Shown: in pieces, positions 1-6,933 of the stretch
Layout: the number at the start of each line of letters is the position of its first letter
Numbering within the stretch: the first letter of the stretch is position 1
IMG/VR virus record: IMGVR_UViG_2630968766_000006
Location: 1-14,429 of that record
Length of the DNA: 14,429 bases
Reading direction: 5' to 3' (one strand)
DNA from: a virus
Lineage: Duplodnaviria > Heunggongvirae > Uroviricota > Caudoviricetes
Program-made: the position numbers and the translations under genes
The notes under the pieces: generated by a model
The model's database searches: none
What the model was told of the DNA's origin: nothing
The model's input: only the letters and a program-made list of their open reading frames with translations

Positions 1-1221
1 ATGGCGGGCACTAACAAGCTGAGTGATAAAAAGCTAAAGGCGCTACAGGGCGTTGAACGTGATGCGCCTGCAATGTTTGCCGATGGCGAAGGATTGAGCG
101 CGAAAGCCTCCCGGCAAGGCCAATTAAGCTGGGTGTTTTCGTATCGGCTTGGTGGGCGTGGTAGCCGTCTGGAACGTCTGACACTTGGCCGCTACCCGGA
201 TATGTCGCTAAAAGCCGCGCGCGAAAAACGTGAACAGTGTCGGCAATGGCTGGCAAACGGCCATGATCCTAAAACCGAGCTGGTACTGAGTACCGAAGAA
301 ACGCTTAAGCCGGTGACGGTCAAAGATGCGCTGGAATACTGGTTAACAAAATATGCCAGGAAAAAGCGCACCGATGAGGAGCTGGTTAGAGCACAGTTGC
401 AAAAGCACATCTACCCGCGTCTTGGTCATTATCCGCTTACCCGCTGTGAAACTCGCCATTGGGTGGCGAGTCTGGATGAAATAGGTCAGAAGCAGCCAAA
501 AACAGCGGGGCGCATGTTCCAGATCTGCAAACAGGCGTTACGGTTCTGTAAGGTTCGCCGTTACGCTTCCAGTGATGCCCTTGCCATTCTCACCATTCAG
601 GACGTTGGCGAGCCTTCCGGCCAGCGTGACCGCGTGCTATCCGATAGAGAGCTGGCGGATGTGTGGCGCTGTACTTATAGCGATGACCAGCAAGCCTACT
701 ACCTACGGCTTTTAAAAATTCTGGTGCTGTTTGGCGCTCGAACGATGGAAGTGAGGCTGTCACGCTGGTCGGAGTGGGATTTTCATTCATGGATCTGGAC
801 GGTTCCCAAAGAACACAGCAAAACTCGTGAAAAAATTGTGCGGTCGATTCCCGAAGGCATCCGCCCATGGCTGGAAGAATTGAAAAGGCAGACGGGTAAA
901 ACGGGCCTTTTATTGGGTGAGGATCGTACTCGCCAATCGGTGTCACTTAAAGGGCGCAGATTGTATAAAGATTTTCACCATAACGAGCCGTGGACGCTTC
1001 ACGATTTACGCCGGACGTTTTCCACAGGGCTAAACAATATGGGGATTGCGCCGCATATCGTCGAGCTGCTGTTAGGCCATGCTTTGCCGGGAGTGATGGC
1101 GATTTATAACCGTAGTTTGTATCTGCCGGAGAAGCTGGACGCGTTGAATAAATGGTATGAACGTTTAGAACTGTTAATCATGGATTCATCTAATATTATC
1201 ATGTTGAATAGAGGAGCTTGA
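1..1221 (+). CDS. int: Tyrosine site-specific integrase, P4-like
   Basis: 406-aa ORF; C-terminal catalytic region with HDLRRTF...LLGH...AIYNRSLY pattern typical of tyrosine recombinases (R, H-x-x-R, catalytic Y); N-terminal arm-binding-like domain. Last ~60 nt are AT-rich unlike the rest of the gene. Confidence 0.9.
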   Translation: MAGTNKLSDKKLKALQGVERDAPAMFADGEGLSAKASRQGQLSWVFSYRLGGRGSRLERLTLGRYPDMSLKAAREKREQCRQWLANGHDPKTELVLSTEETLKPVTVKDALEYWLTKYARKKRTDEELVRAQLQKHIYPRLGHYPLTRCETRHWVASLDEIGQKQPKTAGRMFQICKQALRFCKVRRYASSDALAILTIQDVGEPSGQRDRVLSDRELADVWRCTYSDDQQAYYLRLLKILVLFGARTMEVRLSRWSEWDFHSWIWTVPKEHSKTREKIVRSIPEGIRPWLEELKRQTGKTGLLLGEDRTRQSVSLKGRRLYKDFHHNEPWTLHDLRRTFSTGLNNMGIAPHIVELLLGHALPGVMAIYNRSLYLPEKLDALNKWYERLELLIMDSSNIIMLNRGA

Positions 1222-1222
1222 G

Positions 1223-1882
1223 ATGGTTAGTTTTATTAAACTCGGCATTTTTGAAAGGGAAGCTAAAACACCAGCACTAAATATTAAACAGCTCTCATTG
1301 TTGCTATGTGGTGAAAGTCCAGATTTAAAAACCGCAGAAATACCAGATAATAAAATCGAAGCATATAATATTTATTATAAGCACATAGGAAAGTGGTTTC
1401 AGTCATCTGGGGTATTTAAAGGGGGGTATACAGTACCACAGTCAGCCGATTACATGTTCGCAATGGCTTACCCAATGATAGACGAAGAACTAACCCCTGA
1501 GCCTATCAAGCGGCGTTGCCTTGAAGCGGTTGCTTCTATAGCTGGTAAAAAAAACGGTAAAGATCTGTTATTAGTTCTTGGGGGAGAGGAATTATATCTC
1601 AAAGGTGTTGAGCTAAGTCGTAATCAGCGGGGGTTACATCGCAAAGAAGATGAACAAGATAATTCAGCAAAGTTGATTGGTTTAATGGCCAAGCTACTGG
1701 CTAAAAAAATAGGACACTCATATGGCAGTGTTGATAAACCAATAACATCTGCTATTTATAATGATATTATTAAAATTGCTGACGATGAGAAAATATCAAA
1801 GAGAGGATTATCAAAATCTACCGTCTATAAAAAATTTTCTGATGCCTCCGCGTTGTTGTCAGTGAACGATGATATGGAATGA
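1223..1882 (+). CDS. Hypothetical protein (219 aa), AT-rich cargo gene with C-terminal HTH-like motif (ISKRGLSKSTVYKKF)
   Basis: ATG at 1223 two nt after int stop (TGA 1219-1221), GAGGAG Shine-Dalgarno at 1211-1216; long ORF in a markedly AT-rich segment (about 1150-2170); no antisense ORF of comparable length; C-terminal segment resembles Hin/resolvase-type HTH recognition helix. Confidence 0.6.
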   Translation: MVSFIKLGIFEREAKTPALNIKQLSLLLCGESPDLKTAEIPDNKIEAYNIYYKHIGKWFQSSGVFKGGYTVPQSADYMFAMAYPMIDEELTPEPIKRRCLEAVASIAGKKNGKDLLLVLGGEELYLKGVELSRNQRGLHRKEDEQDNSAKLIGLMAKLLAKKIGHSYGSVDKPITSAIYNDIIKIADDEKISKRGLSKSTVYKKFSDASALLSVNDDME

Positions 1883-1919
1883 TGAACAATCAACAACAAA
1901 GCTCATGTTGGGTATCGTT

Positions 1920-1966
1920 GCATAATCTGCATAATCTGCATAATCCACAAAATTTGCGAATTATGC
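1920..1966. repeat. Tandem 9-bp repeat GCATAATCT x3 (1920-1946) plus inverted copy ATTATGC (1960-1966)
   Basis: Read directly: gcataatct gcataatct gcataatcc, then attatgc 14 bp downstream. Confidence 0.8.
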
Positions 1967-2050
1967 TATTTTTTGCTTGTTTTCAGTGAGATACGTTAGG
2001 AATTAATGCAATAACATGTTGTATTGAATGATAAACACAAGGGATATTTT

Positions 2051-2118
2051 TTTCACTGGAATTATTATGTTTCACTGGAATAGTTACCTGTTTCAAAAGA
2101 TTCCAGACTTGCTGGAAT
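2051..2118. promoter_or_regulatory. Repeat cluster upstream of alpA: TTTCACTGGAAT direct repeat (2051-2062, 2070-2081) and inverted pair ATTCCAG / CTGGAAT (2100-2106, 2112-2118); putative operator/promoter region
   Basis: Four copies of the CTGGAAT core within 70 bp, ending about 55 bp before the alpA start codon; AT-rich. Confidence 0.45.
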
Positions 2119-2174
2119 TACTGAGTATGCATCCATTAGTATTTGCCCGAAAGCAATGAAACAATGGAGACAGC

Positions 2175-2459
2175 ATGTCTAATATTATCTTTACCCCACC
2201 GAATGCCGAACAGCGTCGCGCTCTTCTGGAAGAATATGGCTTCAAGTTCGAACGTCGCATCCGTGAGGATGAGTGTATCGAGATAACCAGCCTTTCCCGC
2301 TCTACACGTTGGAAAATGGAACAAGAAGGCCGCTTTCCGGCGCGTTGCCACTTTGGTCGTAATTCCTGCGCCTGGCTGCTTTCGGACGTTCTCTGGTGGG
2401 TGCGCAATCCGCCAACCGTTGAGAACGTAAATAACCCTTACAGCCGCAAATCCGCATAA
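2175..2459 (+). CDS. alpA: AlpA-family (P4 Vis-like) prophage transcriptional regulator / excisionase
   Basis: 94-aa ORF, TGGAG RBS at 2166-2170; sequence pattern (ITSLSRSTRWKMEQEGRFP...) typical of AlpA/Vis winged-helix small regulators; conserved position after int in P4-like and PICI elements. Confidence 0.8.
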   Translation: MSNIIFTPPNAEQRRALLEEYGFKFERRIREDECIEITSLSRSTRWKMEQEGRFPARCHFGRNSCAWLLSDVLWWVRNPPTVENVNNPYSRKSA

Positions 2460-2590
2460 TTCATAACAGGTAAATAGCGATGAAAAAAATAAATGCCCTC
2501 ACCGGGCAGGGATTCGATCAGCCTGAAAACAGGCACAAAGCTATTTTGTCACCAGTTTTGAACGGTTGAGGAAAACCACTGATGTTGATT

Positions 2591-2618
2591 AAAACAAAGG
2601 CGGCCTTGCCGGGCCGCC
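2591..2618 (-). terminator. Rho-independent terminator for the minus-strand RHH gene
   Basis: GC hairpin GGCGGCC-ttgccg-GGCCGCC (2599-2618); on the minus strand it is followed immediately by TTTGTTTT (complement of 2591-2598). Confidence 0.4.
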
Positions 2619-2709
2619 AGTGCAATGACACTAAACCTATTCATATCACCAGGCTGATCGCTGGTGGTCAAATCGTGAGCAAAGCTCTAAAAATAGCTTC
2701 GAAACAAAA

Positions 2710-2892
2710 TCAACCTTTTGGCTCGATTCCTTTTGCTCGCAATTTTTCTCGGCAAGCATCTTTCACCCACGCGCTGAATTGCCCTTGCCCTGCGGCTGCG
2801 TTGATTTGCGCCAATAGTTCATCTTCAAAGCGTATGTGCTTCATTGTACTGCCTGATCGGTCAAAATCTTTTTTTGCCTTGGATTGTTGCAT
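2710..2892 (-). CDS. Small ribbon-helix-helix-like DNA-binding protein (60 aa; alternative start at internal Met giving 44 aa)
   Basis: MKHIRFEDELLAQINAAAG...FSAWVKDACREKL fits beta-strand plus two helices of RHH (CopG/Arc-like) proteins; own terminator downstream; start codon abuts an 11-bp inverted repeat. The overlapping + frame 2582-3226 looks non-protein-like. Confidence 0.45.
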   Translation of the reverse strand: MQQSKAKKDFDRSGSTMKHIRFEDELLAQINAAAGQGQFSAWVKDACREKLRAKGIEPKG

Positions 2893-2893
2893 T

Positions 2894-2936
2894 GGTAGTT
2901 ACCACCAGTGTAAAGTTATTATCAATGGTAACTACC
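2894..2936. promoter_or_regulatory. Perfect 11-bp inverted repeat GGTAGTTACCA-N21-TGGTAACTACC in the divergent promoter region between the RHH gene and the first Icd-like gene; putative operator
   Basis: Read directly from sequence; arms at 2894-2904 and 2926-2936. Confidence 0.45.
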
Positions 2937-3027
2937 ATGAAAATGTAAAGCAACTTAAAACAGCGAAGCCCGCGAGTGCTACCAACACTTGCGAGCTTCT
3001 GACCACAACATTATCCGAGGTAACGCT

Positions 3028-3234
3028 ATGGCTTCCGCTAATAGTACCACATCCGCGCGCCCTGAAAATCGCGTGTTTCTCTTCCTTGCCTTATCCCGTG
3101 CCGATCAGAACGCCAGGCCACACCGTGAGCAAGTTATTGCTACCAGCGAACGCGAAGCGCGTCTTATGCTGGTGGGCCGCTACGTGCTTTCTTTTGCTGG
3201 TCGCCTGCCAGTATCGGAGGCTTATCATGAATAA
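3028..3234 (+). CDS. Icd-like small protein (host cell division inhibitor Icd-like family), 68 aa
   Basis: ATG at 3028 with GAGG RBS at 3017-3020 (ORF track opens at TTG 2989); FLFLALSRADQNARP...SEREARLMLVGRYVLSFAGRLP pattern recalled from Icd-like proteins of P4-like elements; stop overlaps next start. Confidence 0.5.
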   Translation: MASANSTTSARPENRVFLFLALSRADQNARPHREQVIATSEREARLMLVGRYVLSFAGRLPVSEAYHE

Positions 3235-3628
3235 GCCAATTACCGCTGCTGCTTACCTGCTTCACACTGCTGATATGTGCGCCTCGCAGGTGTGCCAACT
3301 GGTTGAATGCCACGACGCCGCCGGACACCATGCGCTATGCCAGACATTAGCGGCGGGGCTGACCGCGCTTAAGCTGGCTTGTGATGCGGATATCCAGTCT
3401 TCACCAGTCGCGGAAACAACACTGCCACTTAGCCTGGAGGCTTACTGGCCTGATAATAGTTTGACGCTGGAATACTGCGAAGCACTGGTAAAGGTGCTGT
3501 CTGTTGATGCCTTGCCCCCCGAATTGATCCAGCCGCTTACCGGGCTGTTGCATGACCTGGTGAATATGCTGGCCGACCAGTGGAAAGAAGAACTGAAAAC
3601 CACAGATGCAGGGGGCAATCATGAATAA
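3227..3628 (+). CDS. Hypothetical protein (134 aa)
   Basis: In-frame ATG at 3227 overlapping the stop of the preceding gene; the upstream part of the 348-aa ORF-track entry (2582-3226) is Cys-rich, low-complexity and overlaps better-supported genes, so only 3227-3628 is called. Confidence 0.5.
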   Translation: MNKPITAAAYLLHTADMCASQVCQLVECHDAAGHHALCQTLAAGLTALKLACDADIQSSPVAETTLPLSLEAYWPDNSLTLEYCEALVKVLSVDALPPELIQPLTGLLHDLVNMLADQWKEELKTTDAGGNHE

Positions 3629-3911
3629 GTTCACCTGGCTTTTTCAGGCTATCTACGCCGACCACCAGCCCCCTGTTGTTATGCGCACACAGGCTGATAC
3701 CGAAGAGGATGCCCGCCGCCAGCTTTCCGGCGCATGGTCCTTAACATTTGTCGCCAAACTTAATACGGCCTGCCCGGTTAACCATCAGTTTTACGCAGAA
3801 GAAGATCAATCTATGTGGGGGATTGTTGCCACCAGGCTGACTCATGACGACATCACGCAGTGGGGCAATGAGGTGTTCGGGAATCGTAATAACTTGCGGG
3901 CTACCTGGTAA
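3621..3911 (+). CDS. Second Icd-like small protein (paralog of 3028-3234), 96 aa
   Basis: ATG 3621 with AGGGGG RBS at 3611-3616, overlaps previous stop (ATGAATAAG); shares the motif T-E-E-x-A-R-x-x-L-x-G-x-x-x-L-[ST]-F-x-A-K/R-L with ORF 3028-3234. Confidence 0.5.
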   Translation: MNKFTWLFQAIYADHQPPVVMRTQADTEEDARRQLSGAWSLTFVAKLNTACPVNHQFYAEEDQSMWGIVATRLTHDDITQWGNEVFGNRNNLRATW

Positions 3912-3939
3912 TTCTTCCGGCTAAATAAGGCATTAAATA

Positions 3940-4263
3940 ATGGCTAAAAAAATCAATCAGGTTAAACCTGAGGGCAAAACTCACCCTTTAATTGAGATTA
4001 ACACCCGCTGGAAAGATAACTGGGGTATCAAAATCACTATTTGCAAGGTGGAAGAAAACCGCGTGATGTATATCCGCGACGGGTACAAACATGAATGCGT
4101 ATGCTCACCGGATCGCCTGCGTCGTGAATTTTCTTTCCTCCCGGAAGAGAGCAAGGAATATCAGGCTGCAGCCATCGCCAGAGGCCGTAAACGCGCCGCC
4201 GAACTGCGTCATAGTTTGCCGGTTACCTTTGGATCGGCTGGCTGGGATAAGGGGCTGGTATGA
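3940..4263 (+). CDS. Hypothetical protein (107 aa), translationally coupled to the replication gene
   Basis: ORF ends with ATGA overlap onto the pri-rep start (4260); basic C-terminal region; no recognisable motif. Confidence 0.5.
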   Translation: MAKKINQVKPEGKTHPLIEINTRWKDNWGIKITICKVEENRVMYIRDGYKHECVCSPDRLRREFSFLPEESKEYQAAAIARGRKRAAELRHSLPVTFGSAGWDKGLV

Positions 4264-6080
4264 AGAACGCGCCGAATCTTAAACATCAACCGAAAGATAA
4301 ACATGTTGCGGTGGTTATCTTTGCCGGGGCTGATGCCTTCGCTCACGCTAAAACATGGGAAGAAGGCTGGGGATTAAAAATTGCCGCAGATAAAACACCG
4401 CCTGTCTGGCTGGGGACAAAGCAACTGGCAGAGCTGGCGAACCTGCGCATTATCGACCAGGGGCGTAAGTATGTTCGCATCTATCTTGCCGGAGATATCG
4501 AGTCTGTCCTGATTAACGCCATTGCTGAAAAACTGGCGCTGGCGGGCGTAGAGGAAGCGAAATTATATAAGGGGATACCTGACCAGAACCCGGAAGACTG
4601 GCGCGACTACCTTAACCGGATACGCGGAGAGCATGTGCGTGGTGAAGTCGGTCCGGTGGCGCAAATGATCAAACAGGAATTGGCCGTGACGCTGCCACTT
4701 AACCAGATGGGGCCGAGTCAGCGCGGTGATGTGCTGGCGGCGCATTATGGTAACGATCTGGCAATTGATGGTGATTCCGACACCGTTCACCACTATAACG
4801 GCATGGTCTGGAAACCGTTGCAGGATAAGGAACTGCAAAGAGTAATGGCGCGGATCTTCATTAAGGCAGATATCGCCTATTCACCCGCCAGTGTAAAAAA
4901 TGCGGTGGATGCCATGAAGTTAAGCCTTCCGCAGATGGGAGCGCCAGCCCGCCACCTTATCGGATTTCGTAATGGTGTATTTGATACCCGCGCCGCACAA
5001 TTCCGGGCGCATGACAAAGATGACTGGTTGCTTGTAGCCAGTGATGTTGATTTCTGCCAGCCAGAGAACGGCGAAAGCCTGGAAGCTCACGCGCCTAACT
5101 TCTGGCGCTGGCTGCAACATGCGACGGCGAAAGATGCCCGAAAATCGGATCGTCTTCTGGCCGCGTTGTTTATGGTGCTGGCTAACCGCTACGACTGGCA
5201 ATTGTTCCTTGAAGTGACGGGACCGGGTGGCAGCGGTAAAAGCGTTATGGCGGAAATCTGTACCATGCTGGCCGGCAAGGGTAACACGGTGTCGGCGAGT
5301 ATGGGCGCGCTGGAAGTACCACGCGAAAGGGCGCTGGTGGTTGGTTATTCACTGATTATCTTGCCGGATATGAGCCGTTACGCCGGAGATGGCGCAGGCA
5401 TTAAAGCCATAACAGGTGGTGACCGGGTATCTATAGATCCGAAGCATAAAGCGCCGTATTCCATTCGTATTCCCGCTGTGGTGCTGGCGGTTAATAACAA
5501 CGCGATGACATTCAGTGACCGCAGTGGGGGGATCTCCCGCCGCCGGGTGATTTTCAACTTCCCGGAGGTTGTGAACGAGAAAGACCGCGATCCTATGCTG
5601 GTGGAGAAAATCGAGGCGGAATTACCGGTCATCATCCGCCATCTGTTAACCCGCTTTACCAGGCAGGACGACGCCCGCCAGTTACTGGCTGAACAGCGTA
5701 AATCCGAGGAGGCCTTAGCCATTAAGCGCGAAGGTGATTCGCTGGTGGACTTTTGCGGCTATCTGATGGCATTGCTTGAATGTGAGGGAATGATTGTGGG
5801 TAATGCGGAAATGACGCCATTCAGCCCGCGCCGTTATCTCTATCACGCCTATCTGTCATATATGTCAGCGCATGGTCTGGGAAAGCCAGTATCACTGACC
5901 CGCTTTGGTACTGATATGCCGGGGGCGATGGCTGAATATGGCGCGGAGTATAAGCGCAGACAATGCACCAGGGGACCAGATAAAGGCCGCACTATTTCAA
6001 ACGTTCGGTTAAAGGATGAGGCGGATACATGGCTTCCGGCGGCAACGGGTATTAATACTGAACTTAACGAGGAAAATTAA
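4260..6080 (+). CDS. Replication initiator: primase / SF3 helicase (D5 N-terminal-like plus P4 alpha C-terminal-type helicase domain), PICI pri-rep
   Basis: 606-aa ORF; Walker A GPGGSGKS (LEVTGPGGSGKSVMAE) and downstream Walker B-like hydrophobic stretch ending in D (LIILPDM) as in SF3 helicases of phage/plasmid primases; followed immediately by an iteron-rich AT-rich region. Confidence 0.85.
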   Translation: MKNAPNLKHQPKDKHVAVVIFAGADAFAHAKTWEEGWGLKIAADKTPPVWLGTKQLAELANLRIIDQGRKYVRIYLAGDIESVLINAIAEKLALAGVEEAKLYKGIPDQNPEDWRDYLNRIRGEHVRGEVGPVAQMIKQELAVTLPLNQMGPSQRGDVLAAHYGNDLAIDGDSDTVHHYNGMVWKPLQDKELQRVMARIFIKADIAYSPASVKNAVDAMKLSLPQMGAPARHLIGFRNGVFDTRAAQFRAHDKDDWLLVASDVDFCQPENGESLEAHAPNFWRWLQHATAKDARKSDRLLAALFMVLANRYDWQLFLEVTGPGGSGKSVMAEICTMLAGKGNTVSASMGALEVPRERALVVGYSLIILPDMSRYAGDGAGIKAITGGDRVSIDPKHKAPYSIRIPAVVLAVNNNAMTFSDRSGGISRRRVIFNFPEVVNEKDRDPMLVEKIEAELPVIIRHLLTRFTRQDDARQLLAEQRKSEEALAIKREGDSLVDFCGYLMALLECEGMIVGNAEMTPFSPRRYLYHAYLSYMSAHGLGKPVSLTRFGTDMPGAMAEYGAEYKRRQCTRGPDKGRTISNVRLKDEADTWLPAATGINTELNEEN

Positions 6081-6094
6081 AAATAGTCTTTAAA

Positions 6095-6391
6095 CTGTCT
6101 ACCGTATCTACCAGATAATTAATTGATATATAAATCAGTGAGTTAAATTGGTAGATACCTGGTAGACAGTAAGAGACTAAGTGTCTTCTGTATCTACTTT
6201 ATTTTTTATTAAAGCTCTAAAAGCCAAAGTGCAAAAAAGCACTCTGGAACAAATTCAATCGCTTATGTGACTATCTTACATTTATAAGTAGAGGGTCTGG
6301 TAGAGAGTAGTAGATACATCAAAGGGTAAGTGTTTACCACTTAACTTAATGAAAATAATAGTAAATTTCATGGGGGTAGACAGGTAGACAG
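6095..6391. repeat. Putative replication origin: iterons GGTAGACAG / GGTAGATAC in direct and inverted orientation within AT-rich DNA
   Basis: CTGTCTACC-GTATCTACC (6095-6112); GGTAGATAC-ct-GGTAGACAG (6150-6169); GTATCTAC (6190-6197); GTAGATAC (6310-6317); GGTAGACAG-GTAGACAG (6375-6391). Located directly 3' of the primase/helicase gene. Confidence 0.6.
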
Positions 6392-6434
6392 TTTGAGCAC
6401 ATAAGTTTATTTTTTCTTATTTACGAGGATTTTA

Positions 6435-6713
6435 ATGATGTTTAATTTTAAGGATGTTCTGGAATATCGCGAATTTTATGGAATGAATAATAATTTTCAG
6501 GACATGGGCCTGTCTGATTATGCCGAAGCTCTCAAAAATGAAGCGATAGTGCATATTGATTGTCATGGTTTTTTGGTTGATGCATTCAGCGGTATGGTGC
6601 TTGCTGCCGATGGTGAGCAACTGGATTTATTTATCGCGCACCTGCAAAAAATACGCCGTGAATTACCTGACGGAATGCGTGATAAAAATCTGAGGGACTC
6701 ATTAAGAAAATAG
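6435..6713 (+). CDS. Hypothetical small protein (92 aa), AT-rich
   Basis: GAGGA RBS at 6425-6429, ATG 6435; followed by a hairpin terminator; no recognisable motif. Confidence 0.5.
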   Translation: MMFNFKDVLEYREFYGMNNNFQDMGLSDYAEALKNEAIVHIDCHGFLVDAFSGMVLAADGEQLDLFIAHLQKIRRELPDGMRDKNLRDSLRK

Positions 6714-6732
6714 TTTTGTAAATTATTTGTTC

Positions 6733-6786
6733 GCCTGTTTTCACCGTTGTTCACGCCGGAAACAGGCTATTTACTTCAACTTTTTC
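6733..6786 (+). terminator. Putative rho-independent terminator after ORF 6435-6713
   Basis: Stem GCCTGTTT (6733-6740) / AAACAGGC (6760-6767) with 19-nt loop, followed by T-rich tract tatttacttcaactttttc. Confidence 0.3.
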
Positions 6787-6933
6787 ATGTATATGTTAAC
6801 GGGTGGCACTCAGACGTGAGCCGCCACCGATCCCCCGGTTTCCTGCCGTATCTGCAACGGTTCCTTTTCCGGGGGATCATCTCCCTTCCGTGCTGGTTTC
6901 ACGTCTCCTCTTATTTTTTGCGAGAAACCACAC

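Noticed and set aside
2582-3226. Upstream part of the 348-aa plus-strand ORF
   Set aside because: Translation is Cys- and Ser-rich and low-complexity, overlaps the RHH gene and the first Icd-like gene, and has no RBS; the in-frame ATG at 3227 with stop/start overlap is a far better start, so only 3227-3628 is called.
4091-4282. 63-aa alternative-frame ORF
   Set aside because: Overlaps ORF 3940-4263 and the start of the replication gene in a different frame; no independent support.
6095-6391. Possible CRISPR array suggested by repeated 8-9-mers
   Set aside because: Repeats are too short, occur in both orientations with irregular spacing, and have no cas genes nearby; fits origin iterons, not CRISPR.
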